This document shows, in pieces, positions 53,331 to 64,000 of a DNA stretch of 64,000 nucleotides. The first letter of the stretch is position 1, and every line of letters starts with the position of its first letter. The notes beneath the pieces are model-generated. The model had not been told where the DNA came from. It was given only the letters and a program-made list of their open reading frames with translations, and made no database searches. The translations under genes and the position numbers were made by a program. The stretch is from Camelus dromedarius (taxonomy: Eukaryota), in NCBI RefSeq assembly GCF_036321535.1, contig NC_087437.1:68388001-68452000 (forward strand), given 5' to 3'.

Positions 53331-54089
53331 CAAGCTAGGCTTGATCTTGCAGTTCATTTCCACAGATACTTATTAAGCATGTACTATGCTTCGTGCAAAC
53401 AGTAATTAATTTCCAACTTTAAAGAGCTTAAACATTAGGGGGACAAAGGACATTAGAGGACTAAAGGAAAATTAAAAGATAAACTAGATGGAATGAGTGT
53501 TCAGTGGTCCTGGAAATAGATTATAGAGGGAATCTTTGGAGATGATGAAAAGACATACATGTCTTTTATGAACTAATGGCTACTTTTACAAATACAATAT
53601 TTAAGGCAAGAGCCTTCCTTAGCTTCCAGGTGTCAACGTAGGGTTAGAGAAAAGGAAACAGCACAAAAGGATATTAGACTATGAGGATCTGCCAGAAGAT
53701 GCCTTTTCCCATCTAAATGTAAAACCTGCCATTACCCCTCCCTGACTTTCCCTCTAATCCTTCAGTCAAATCAAACATGGCCTTTCTGGGATACCTCACA
53801 AGTAACAGAGAAGATAGTACTGAGGTCAGACTGTCCTTTACATACAAAGTGGAGAGACAGAGTAGGAGTGAAACTGGTGATCTTTCTGTCCCCCCCCCTT
53901 TATTTCTCTGTGACTGAAGAGCCATCTTGTGTTTATGAATATATAGAGCTATGATAGATGGATAGATAGATGTTCTGTGAATGTGATGCATTGTTATTAG
54001 ATAGATGGCCAGTGACTCCTCACCTTATTCTGTTTCTTTGAACCAAAGGGAAAAAGTTAATCAAATGACAAGGTAACAAATTTTGTCTG

Positions 54090-54930
54090 GACAAAGCTGA
54101 TGCCTTTTATGTGGGGAATAATTAACCTATGAAAGTCACTGATGCTGGACAATATTAAGCAGGTAATTTAGGAAGACTCTAAAAGGGGATTGAGAATTTA
54201 TATGAATATAATTAACAAAGGCAGTTTTAGAATCTAGAATAACAGCCTGTACATTCATAAGTCTTGATTTAGAGAATAAACCGCTTAACTTTCAGAGAAG
54301 AGACAATCCATGTAGCAGACACCCACTGTAGAAACTAAGCATCTATACATTAAGCCTTATGAACTAAGCAGCCTTTATTAAGAATGACTGGCAATGGAAT
54401 GTTCTGACAATAAGAATGTTCCTCTTAACCAATGAATGGAAATTACCATTTATTCACAAATTACTCTCTCTGAAAATGTTCAAGTTGCTATCACATAAAT
54501 ATCTATTAGCCTTCTACTGGAAGATGAAGGAAGCATTTGATGAATTTGCAGATGACAAAATTCTAGATAAACAAACATTATTATAATGTGTGTCATGTTC
54601 CTAGTTCGCATCACAAACTTAGAATACTCAGCATCCTGAATAAAACAGGATTTCTTTTTTCTGGAAAGACAGTTTAGGTAGCTATCTCTGAAAGAAACTA
54701 GGATTGTTCTGTGGGGATATCATAAAAAGCACAGACAATGATGTGAAAAAGGAAAAAAAAAAGGATTTCAGGGCTACAGAATTTATTAAAAGCACATTTT
54801 CTTGGAAGATATTTTGCTGTGTGGGAGCAGGGCATATAGCTGTACTCATTCTGCCTGACCATATTTCAGTCGAGCCATTAAAGATGCTATTGCTTCATCC
54901 AGCTGTTTTAGGACAATTAGCCATGTGATA
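54090..54930 (+). mobile_element. Ancient CR1/L3 LINE RT remnant
   Basis: gaa ttt gca gat gac aaa att cta (EFADDKIL; FADD at 54545-54556) resembles CR1 KFADDTKL; flanks only weakly CR1-like. Confidence 0.4.
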
Positions 54931-55424
54931 GCCAGACGGGAGAGTAAGATGGCAACAGACATTTCAGTACAGACATATGTCTTTTCTTCATTACAAAAAA
55001 GAGGGAAAAAGGCTGCGTGAACAACACGGGTAGAATATATTGTTACCTCCCTTCAGAGTGGTTCATTAGTTTGGCTGGAATCTGAGTCCTCTTCCATCAG
55101 AGACAAGAGTGTGACAGGCCTTGACTGTTTTAATATTGTTTAAAGATTGATTAATTGAGTATCCCAGGTAATTTGAATTTAAATGTAGCAAAAGTAATGA
55201 TCCTTAATTGTAAAAGTTCTTTATTAATCACAAACTCCTATTAGCTTGAAAATGAGGGCTGAAGGTGAAAGTATTTTGAAAACTGCTAAATAAATATTAC
55301 ATTGCAGCGTTACTGCCACCAAAACAAAAAGGAAAGTTATCAATCAAATGTTGTTCATTTTACTTTAAAATATCACACAGGCAAATAGGTCTTTTAGTCT
55401 GCTTTGTTTGGAGTAGACTCCGGT

Positions 55425-55445
55425 ATCAGCACCCTGGACAGCGAG
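55425..55445 (+). promoter_or_regulatory. RE1/NRSE (REST/NRSF binding site)
   Basis: ATCAGCACCCTGGACAGCGAG versus consensus TTCAGCACCnnGGACAGCGCC: both half-sites (TCAGCACC, GGACAG) perfect with the canonical 2-bp spacer. Confidence 0.8.
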
Positions 55446-57959
55446 AAAGCAGTGGGTTCCTTTCTCTGCGCCATGACTTCTGCTGGCGTACCTCCAGACT
55501 GGTCGTTTATTGTGACTCTTGTGTTGTGAGTTTTAGTACTTTTATTTAGGTTACCAAATCAAAAGCAGTTTTTAAGTTTCTGCTCTAGCCCCATGAGCAC
55601 TTTATAATGAATGTGGAGAGGCAGCAGCCCATCTCACCAGACATCGACAAGGCAGTAAATAAATTTTCCCCTCTGGGCCTCTGCCAAAAGCAGTCATCTT
55701 TCTGCAGTCCCTGCACTCCTGGCCAAGGAGAGTCACACAGAGCATTAGTCTCAGTCTCCAGATTATTGTACAGGGAGGGTGAAGAAAGTTGAATAAGGAG
55801 AGAAGGGAGTAACCTTGAGCCTGGAAACTCATCCCTGAAGGGTGTAGGAGGATAGAAGTTAGAAATGATTCTCTGTCTTGAGGATCTGTTTCAAAGACTG
55901 TGCACTTCTATATCTTTAGAACACTACCCCACAACCCCTTCGGATTGTATGTTCTTCAGCCTTTTTAAGACTACACGTTTTATGATTGGTCCTAATTATA
56001 TATTTCATGTCAGTCTGCTTTTTCAGTCTTACTGATACTTGTGTATCTCACTTACACTGTTTCCCAAGCCTTCTGTGAAGGTCTGATTTCCCCTTTCAGC
56101 CTGGATTTCTAATTCTTTTCTGAATTTGTTTTGCCCCTGTGTCTTTCCTTCAATATGTGAAGAATCTGGTCTTGCTTTCTAAATCTGGAAGGAGTAGGCT
56201 TATAAAACATTTGGTTTCAATGTGTAAAGTGAATGGCATTTTTATCCTCTACTCAAAGCAGCTTCAGTGATCCTGCAATATATGACTGTAGCACTTCTAA
56301 TGCATGGAGACATTAATGTCACTGATGGCCTCATAAGGCACAGAAAAGTCAAAATCCTCTGCTCTGGATGCTGCCTTATATGCCATGGATGAAGGGCTTC
56401 TCTCACCTCCACTGGAACCAAGTTTTATAGAAGATGGATATGGATCATCAAATGAGGTTTTTACAGTACAGTAAAGTGTAAATCTAATTGCAGCCAAAGC
56501 CAAAGAATTGTAGCAGAGAGGTAGTTTCAGGCAAGAAATAAAAGAGCCAAACTAGGTATGTTCATGTGGTGTGCTAAGCATGAGACCATTAGAATCAGGG
56601 AGCCCCAGGGCATCACAGTTGTACTGAAACACTCAGGTGATGCCCAAGGGCATTTAATTACATTATCCTAATTTCTATTATTAATGACAGTATTAAAGCA
56701 CAGACAGGCAGTTTGGTGGAAAATTTAGAAGAATCAAAGACAGCATAAATATTCATTTTTTCCCATCTCATCATTTTGCAAAAACACATAGAGCCAGCCA
56801 TTCACTAACACAGGCCCATATCCCAGTCTTCATTAAACACAGATAGAACAACATGCCCTCAGGAACAGTGCTCAGTGGATATTTGCATTTTGGCATCGCC
56901 ACTCTCTTCCCTGTAGAGCAGTTATTCTGCCAAGTTGAGAATATTGCCCCTGATGTTTGGTGTCTCTTAAAGTCAAGCCTATCCATGTAAGCTGAGGAAA
57001 GGAGCCAAGGAGAAGGGTACACCTGATTTTTGCTAGAGTTCCTCAGTGCTCAGGGAGAATCTTGTTATATACTAGAATGAATGCATTTTTGAATAAATGC
57101 ATTAATGAAATTGTAAAGTCCTTTGTTGGAAGAACTTTTTCTTTTATGAATTTGAATAACTCTCAGATGGATAAATGCCAACCAGGGATGTATCCAAAAG
57201 CAGAGCTCAGACTTTCTGCTTTTCCTTTTCAACCAGAATGACTCAGTTTAACCAAAGGTTCCAGAGAAATACCAAGTCAGAATAATTTATTTTCTGAGAT
57301 GTGATTGTCAATAACATTTTTGAATGGGGTGAATAAGAAGTTTGAAGTTAAAGCACCTATATTATATCTTTTACTTAAAATGATATTTCTTACAAAATTG
57401 GAGCAGGGAAGGAAAAGGCGAGGAGGGTAAACCTGCAGGAGTGAGGCAGGAAGAGTTTGTATCTCACTGGCTGGTTTTCATCACAGGACTGCTTCATAGT
57501 AACACAACTGAAAAACAATCTCAGCTTCATTTGAGGATAAGATATTTAATGTTTTCTAATAATTTAAATAAGTATTTATATTTTCAAAAAACACTTACTA
57601 CAAAATACTATGACAATTAAATTTACTATAGCAATTTAGCTCATTCTTGGTTTGTGCCTGGAAAAAGTTCTTGAAGTGACAAAAAGAGATGCAAAGGAGA
57701 AATATTAGAGAGTTAAGAGTGAACAAAAAAGGTAAAATTACAAAGAAAACCAGGGTAAAGAATAAGAGCAAGTTAGAAGGACAATATGTTATTATTGTTG
57801 AAAAGGGAAAGGCTGAAAAGGTATGAAAAGAATAATGTGAAAAAGATACAGGCTGTTTTTGTTACAGACACTCTAAGAAAAATGAAGATAAATATGAAAA
57901 AAGAATGAGCAGATTAAGACATGTGGTCAGATAAAAGAGGGAAAAATAACAAAATAACT

Positions 57960-58165
57960 TTGCTTACTATGGGCCAAGTACTAGTCTAAGCTCTTTACAT
58001 ACCCTTATTCATTTACTAATCAAAACAAGCCTGTTCTAATGGTACAGGTCCCATGATCATCTCGATTTTGCAGATGAGGAAACTGAGGCAAACGAAGTTA
58101 ACCAACTTTCCAAGGACACAAGTTGGAGGAAAAGTTGGGTTCCCTCCAGAGTCTGATTTCAGAGT
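57960..58165 (-). mobile_element. MIR SINE
   Basis: tgcttactatgggccaag...attttgcagatgaggaaactgaggca. Confidence 0.8.
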
Positions 58166-60527
58166 GTGTTTGTGAAGGGGATCCCCAAGAAGGGGATCCA
58201 GAGGAAAGGACAGAATGAGGATAATATGAGCACTTTATAGTGCTCAATGTTGGGTTTGGGTGAAAAGTGTTTTCAGGCCTGAAATGTGTGTCACCAGCCC
58301 TCAGCAGCCTTACAGCAGAGAGTGGAGGCTGGGTCTGTTGGGCACTGAGGGAAATGGATAAATAATTGATTAGGCACAGTGCGCTCTGTGTGTGCAGATC
58401 TATAGGGAGGAGGGCGGTCTGAGAGGCAGAGCCAGATGGCGAGCTGTAATGTGCCCATATTAATAGATGTCTTCATTAGATGACATATTCACAGGAGTCC
58501 AGGGCGAATGCCTTTCAGCCATTGCCAGGGACAGACAAGGTCTGGAGATGAAGGTGACACTTACCTAGAAGGCAGTGAAAGCAGCGGTTTTGTTGCAAAG
58601 GAGGTAGAGTTATAGAAGCTTCCTCCTTCTCAGTAAGAGAAATAATGTACATTTCAAAAGCAATCTTTTTGAGTCTTTTCTTTTTTCAGTCCTTCTCCAA
58701 AATGTGAAATAACAAGGCTCTCCTGTCCACTCCACTTCCATTCTGCATCTCTGATACAAATATCTTTCTTTGCTGGATTTCAGTGAACACTGCTTTCCAT
58801 TTTCTCTCCCAGTTACAGCTTCCCCACCTCTGTCCTCACATTCCTTTCAATTAAATGCCCTTACCAGGTGCCTTCCTGGACATTTACTCCCTGGCCATGA
58901 CTTCTTGCACTTTCTTTGCTAACGTTACTGCACTTGGTCACAATTGCCAGTAGACTGGCCCTATCTTAGTGGATAGTTGGTGATTAACTCAATACTGTTA
59001 AGCAAAGGTTGAGGCTGAAACTTTCATCTTATATGTGAATTAATATTGATGGCATTAAGCTTAAATACCCTTGAAATGTTGGCTGAGCAGATGTTGAATG
59101 TTTCAAGGACTTTGAGTGTCTACTTTTATATATGCAGAGACACATACACTCATATTACCCCTCCAGAGATTAAATATTTTGACATAATTGGAATTCTGTA
59201 TAGGCCAAACCAGAGAAACATTTTAGTAGATTGATGTTTGATTTGTATAGCTATTATCAGTGACAAATAATGATGCGCTCAATTACTGCTCTAGGTTACC
59301 CTCCTCCCCCTGCCAGGAAGAAAAGTCAGCATTTAGAACATAATGCCAAACTTTCAGAATGTTGATAACGGCATATCATTTACTGAACACCCTAAAACTG
59401 TAGAATATAGTGCTGGTCTGGGTGTCATAGAATTTAGAAAATTAAGTCAAGGAGCTTAAGCTACAGAAAAAAATGAGTTGTATCACAGAAACTAAACGAA
59501 AGGCTTTTTGGATTGGCAGCCTTAATCAAAGTCTTCACCATAAGGAGGGTTATTTCCATCGTGGGGCAAGTATAAAAATAATTCTGCTCTTGCCTATACC
59601 TATGTTAGTTTCCTTATGTCCAGATTGCCAGCATATTTGAAGTTGTGCATTCAGAGGCAGTGTGGAGGTAAGCAGGATCTGCTCATAGATTCTCTAAAGG
59701 GAGAAGGATTGTGTTTGGATTCAGGGTCAGGTTTGCTCCATGACAGGGACACACCTTCCCCGGGCACTGTCCTGACGGCAGAGTCAGCTTACTCTCAGGT
59801 TAGAGGTGAAAGGCACCCCACGGCAGAGGCAATCCTAATTTTATCCAACCAAAGTTTTAAATAGATAGGAGATTTTGCTTGATTTCTCCTAATTATTCAG
59901 GACTTTGTTCAGTAACATCCTTTGCCTTGCTGATAATAGGGCTCAAAATATCCAGGCATGTTTGTCCTAAATAGAAGCAGCTGGGAGGAGATTTGTGTCT
60001 ATATTTTGTACCTTGCTCAGCCCAAGTCTTCGGTGAATCTCAAGGTGCTATTTTAATTTTATTTGCACAGTGGTTTATAAAATCAATCTAGAAAACTTTT
60101 GCAGCCATCAATAATTTTCTAAATTTGGGATGACTTTTGACTACACTTAAAAATATTCCTTTCTGAATAGTTGCTCTCCAGTGTCTATAAACTGCATTTC
60201 TCCCCTCAGTTTTAGCTGCTAAGCCCCCTAAACTATTTACACACAACCTATAAGAGTTACTGTCAGGCTCTGCTACTCCTCTGTTTCCCTTGAGGCTGTT
60301 CATTTCAACTTTTGGATTAAGATACATTCCTATTCAGAAACCAGTTCTGTCCTCAAAAAAAAATTAAAAAAAAGAATTATAAAAAGACTTTGAGACCTTG
60401 GGTGGCATATACCAAGCTTCAGTCTTTCTACAAATATTTTGTTCCTGTTACAAACCCCTTGTCCAGAGCTCACCCTCCATTTCTCCGTCTGCTGGCTGGA
60501 AGACTCAGTGGTCATGAGAGGAAGAAA

Positions 60528-60770
60528 ACATAGTGGTTGAGAACACTGGTTTTAGAGTCAAGAGTCCCTGGGTTAAAATTCCACCTCTGCCATTTTCTAG
60601 CTCTATGACTGAACTAACTTCTATGAACCTCAGTTTCCTCATCTGTGAAGTGAGATTAATAACATCACTTCCTCTTATAGTCATTGTGAAGATTAAATAA
60701 TGCATGTAAAAACTTAATAACCTGCCTGACACACAGAGGGAATTCATAAATGATACCTGTAATTAGTGTT
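60528..60770 (+). mobile_element. MIR SINE
   Basis: catagtggttgagaacactggttttagagtca...aacctcagtttcctcatctgtgaagtg...gtgaagattaaataa. Confidence 0.85.
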
Positions 60771-61574
60771 GCCATTTTTCCTCAGGCCTTTGCTCCCTGC
60801 TGCATGAACCCCTTACACTCTGACATTCATTGAACAAATGTTTCTTGAATACCTACTAAGTGACGATCCCATGACAAACTCTGGACTTGACTCCTTTTTA
60901 GCTGGATATAGTCTCCATTTTCAAAAGTTTATAAATAATAATATCAATACTCCCACTATCTTTTTCATAAAATTTGGTGTAAAATTATTTTCCTTTTATT
61001 CCTAAAAGGTTTCAGAGGAGACCTCAACAGATGACTCGGCAGCCTACTTACAGATTTATTCTGAGGTGCTCTTCCCCAAGGTCATCATCTTGGTATTTTA
61101 CAACGGGACAAGATATTTAGACTAAAAAGTGGTTTTTCTCCTGTTTATTGAAATTAAAAGAGAGTCAAAGAAGGGGCTAATCACTTGTTGCTAATGTACC
61201 TTTAACTCACAGCAATGAGTGTCGCTTGGTGATTGTTAAGTGAATAAGAAAAGATTTCTGTAAATACGGTAATTGGCTAAAATTTTGAGGTCAAAGCCAA
61301 TTCTCTAAGAAATTGTTGAACTATGAAATTGTCAGGCAAATATTTTAGTGGCATATGAAAAATTAATCCCTGGTAAATATTTTATCAATATTTTATAGTT
61401 TGAGTGTGACAATATTATATACAAATATTTACCTGTCAGGTATTTTGACAGGTAAATGTTAACATGCTTGAATATCTGTAAGTAGAATTGATCAAAAAAC
61501 AAAACAGAATAAGAAACAGAAGCAACAGCTTCTTAAAACATCAACATGTCAAATAGTCAAAGAAGCTACCATGG

Positions 61575-61920
61575 TAAGAGGTCCAAACTACTGTTTATAG
61601 AATAAATAAGCTGTAAGGATATATTATACAGCACAGAGAATATAGCCAATATTTTATAATAACTTTAAGTGGAGTATAATCTATAAAAATATTGAATCAC
61701 TATGTTGTACACCTGAACATAATGTAAATCAACTATGCTTAAGTTTTAAAACAACGAATTTCTGTTAGGGATGATGACAAAGTTCTGAAAATGGATAGTG
61801 GTGACGGTGGTACAACATTAAGAATGTACTTAATGCTGCTGAATTGTACCGTTTAAAATTGGCTACAGGTAAATTTTATGTTACAGATATTATATCACAA
61901 TAAAAATATGGGGGAAAAAA
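61575..61920 (+). mobile_element. Composite insertion: two different L1 3' ends in tandem inside one TSD pair
   Basis: L1 3' end 61575-~61750, then an L1MB-type 3' end ~61755-61906 (AATAAA 61899-61904). Direct repeat caaagaag[c/t]ta[c/t]catgg at 61558-61574 and 61921-61937. Confidence 0.75.
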
Positions 61921-63029
61921 CAAAGAAGTTATCATGGGAAATGAGATAATAAGGTAACCCATCTAATAAGCCATTTGGAGACCACAGGGAATGCTTAAGT
62001 TAAAATATGGCAAATAGGAAAAGGGAGCTATAATAATAAATCCAGGAGACCGGAGAATAAGAAGCATGATATTAATTATTAATGTCTGATGAGTAAATAC
62101 TTAGAGAGTTTACTTGATTATAAAGAAAGAGGGAATAAGACCAAGGATCAGTTTCTTCTGGATATGATTAAAATTATGAATGACGAAAGAAAACAGTTTT
62201 ATCAAACTTGTCTAAACATGCCAGATAATTTCTTTTAGGAAGAAGCTCTTGTCGCAGTAGGTGTAAGAAATATCATGCCGCTCATTTTAGAATTAAATAG
62301 GCTCTGTCACAGGGCTTCTGATTTTCAAATTAATTCATTTTCATTTAAATATTAAGGTGGGATTAGAAGCCAGTTCAGACAAAATGGACACAGTTTGAAA
62401 GGAGGAGGGCCCGGCAGCACCACACAGGGTTAGTTGGCAGTGTCATGAGGATGATTTATCTGCTGATGATTTATGTGATGCAGGACAAGCAGCGCAAGAC
62501 AGCGCAGCCCCTGATTTAGGGGTCTTCAATCTAGGCTGGAGAAAAACAACTGCAGCATAAAATTTATCAGCTGAGAAGACGTCAACTCTGAAATGCAAAA
62601 CTCATTGGCATTTATGCCTCTGGGTTGTGGGGGTAGAAGTAAAAAACCAGTGCAGAACAGAAGGCATTGAACAGTGAGGTCAAAAAGGCATAGAGGTGAG
62701 GCAGGAGGTCAGAGAAGATGCTGGAGGAACCGTGAATGGTGCAGAGGAGTTCGGCTTTGCACACCAAAGCAGCATCTCTACCTTTTGTTCACTGGTTTTC
62801 CTGGATCTGCAGAGAAGACGCTGGAAAATTCACCCTCAGTAAACCAGGTGACTGATGCCCTGAAAGCAATTACACGAAGTTTGCTTGCCATGGTGAGTGA
62901 TAGGTACACATTAATAAACTTTATTAGAATGACACTGAAAGGTTTGCTTACCTTTCAGTGGTGCTGTTCTGATGTTTGCAAGTCAACCTGAAATGATCAC
63001 CAAAAAGAGTCAGCCCAGCACAGAACTAA

Positions 63030-63180
63030 CAGATGTTTGTGGAGCATTTGTTGTGGGCCAGGCACTTAATTGAGTGCTCTACCACACCTTTAATCTTTGC
63101 AGCAAGCTCTGACAGAGACGTGATTACTGGGGCCACTTTGCACATTAAAAAACTGAGGCATAGACAGGCTGGGTGATTAT
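63030..63180 (-). mobile_element. MIR SINE fragment
   Basis: gagcatttgttgtgggccaggcact...tttaatctttgcagcaag...aaaactgaggcatagac. Confidence 0.65.
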
Positions 63181-64000
63181 TCCTTTTCTGCTGTATTTAA
63201 ATGCTGGTAGTTTTAGGGCAAAGACAGGACTCAGACAAATCATGCTTTGGTGTAATGTTGCTCCAGGACCTGTATGAGAATCCACACTCTCTTCTAATAT
63301 ATATATTTTTTCCAATCAGGCTGTCTTTCAAGATTGAAACACTTCTTACTGAGTGAGAGTAAAATTTTAAATTTAATTGCAAAAGAAACAAAACGGAAAC
63401 ATAAACTGGGCAAAGTGAAACAAGCAAAGAGATCAGTGATGGGGACGGCATACGATGCTGGTCCGGATTCCTGGAGGAAGAATCTAGTTCTCCAGGGTGT
63501 TCTGGAAGCCAGGTTGTTTACTAGTGATGCCCAGTGCATAGGCCAGACTAGGGGCTGTGCTCCCACCTCACAAGGCTGATCCACAGTGTTGGCTGGACCA
63601 GCTACACCTAATAAAATGCTTCTACTCTTTGTCCTTGGGGCCCAGTTGCTGTTTTTCAGCCCCAGAGACTAAGAAACATTACAGCTGTGTCATTCAGAGA
63701 CATTGATTAAGTTAGTGTGGAAATAAGACAGGTAGAAATATATGTTTTGTTTAGGGTGTAAGGAAATGAAAGGAAGAATTGCGCTCAGAATGCCCACAAA
63801 GGAATTAGGTGATATTCAAGTTATGTTTGTGTACTTGACTCTCCTAGAGAAATTACTTTTTCTCCATTGCTCCACTCCCAGTGTTTAACACAATGAATGA
63901 CATTGGAGGCATTCGATAGATGTTTATTAAATTAAACTGAAAGGGTCAAAGAAAAAAAATGGTATTCTTAGCAAAAGACTTAAGCGATGGGGATACATTA

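Noticed and set aside
58178..58246. Short palindromes (ggggatcccc; tgagcact-ttat-agtgctca)
   Set aside because: Arms of 8 bp or less are expected by chance in 64 kb.
62414..62430. CAGCACCAC, RE1 left-half-like
   Set aside because: The right half-site GGACAG is absent.
1..64000. Host protein-coding exons, CRISPR arrays, prokaryotic or viral systems
   Set aside because: None seen; apart from LINE-derived ORFs, no translation in the track resembles a protein I recognise.

Overview
AT-rich, CpG-poor mammalian non-coding DNA, probably camelid judging by the recognised SINE and young L1 3' ends. No host protein-coding exon was recognised, and most short ORFs in the track are noise or antisense shadows of L1. 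The dominant structure is a young but inactivated full-length LINE-1 (15157-22289, + strand, 16-bp TSD). It sits in the inter-ORF spacer of an ancient, near full-length L1MC-type element (~12785-25780), which also carries a tRNA-derived SINE, a MaLR fragment and a short L1 3' end. Truncated L1s, MIR, L2, MaLR, MER5-like and CR1-like remnants are scattered elsewhere. Two non-repeat signals stand out. One is a textbook recursive splice site at 9063-9147 (27-nt pure pyrimidine tract, CAG|GTAAGT, a 50-nt RS-exon and a second GTAAGT). The other is a near-consensus REST/NRSF RE1 element at 55425-55445. Together they suggest the window lies in a very long intron of a neuronal gene on the + strand; I cannot name the gene from sequence alone. 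I see no evidence for a wholly new biological system. Repeat family names are from memory of consensus sequences, and old-repeat boundaries are approximate.
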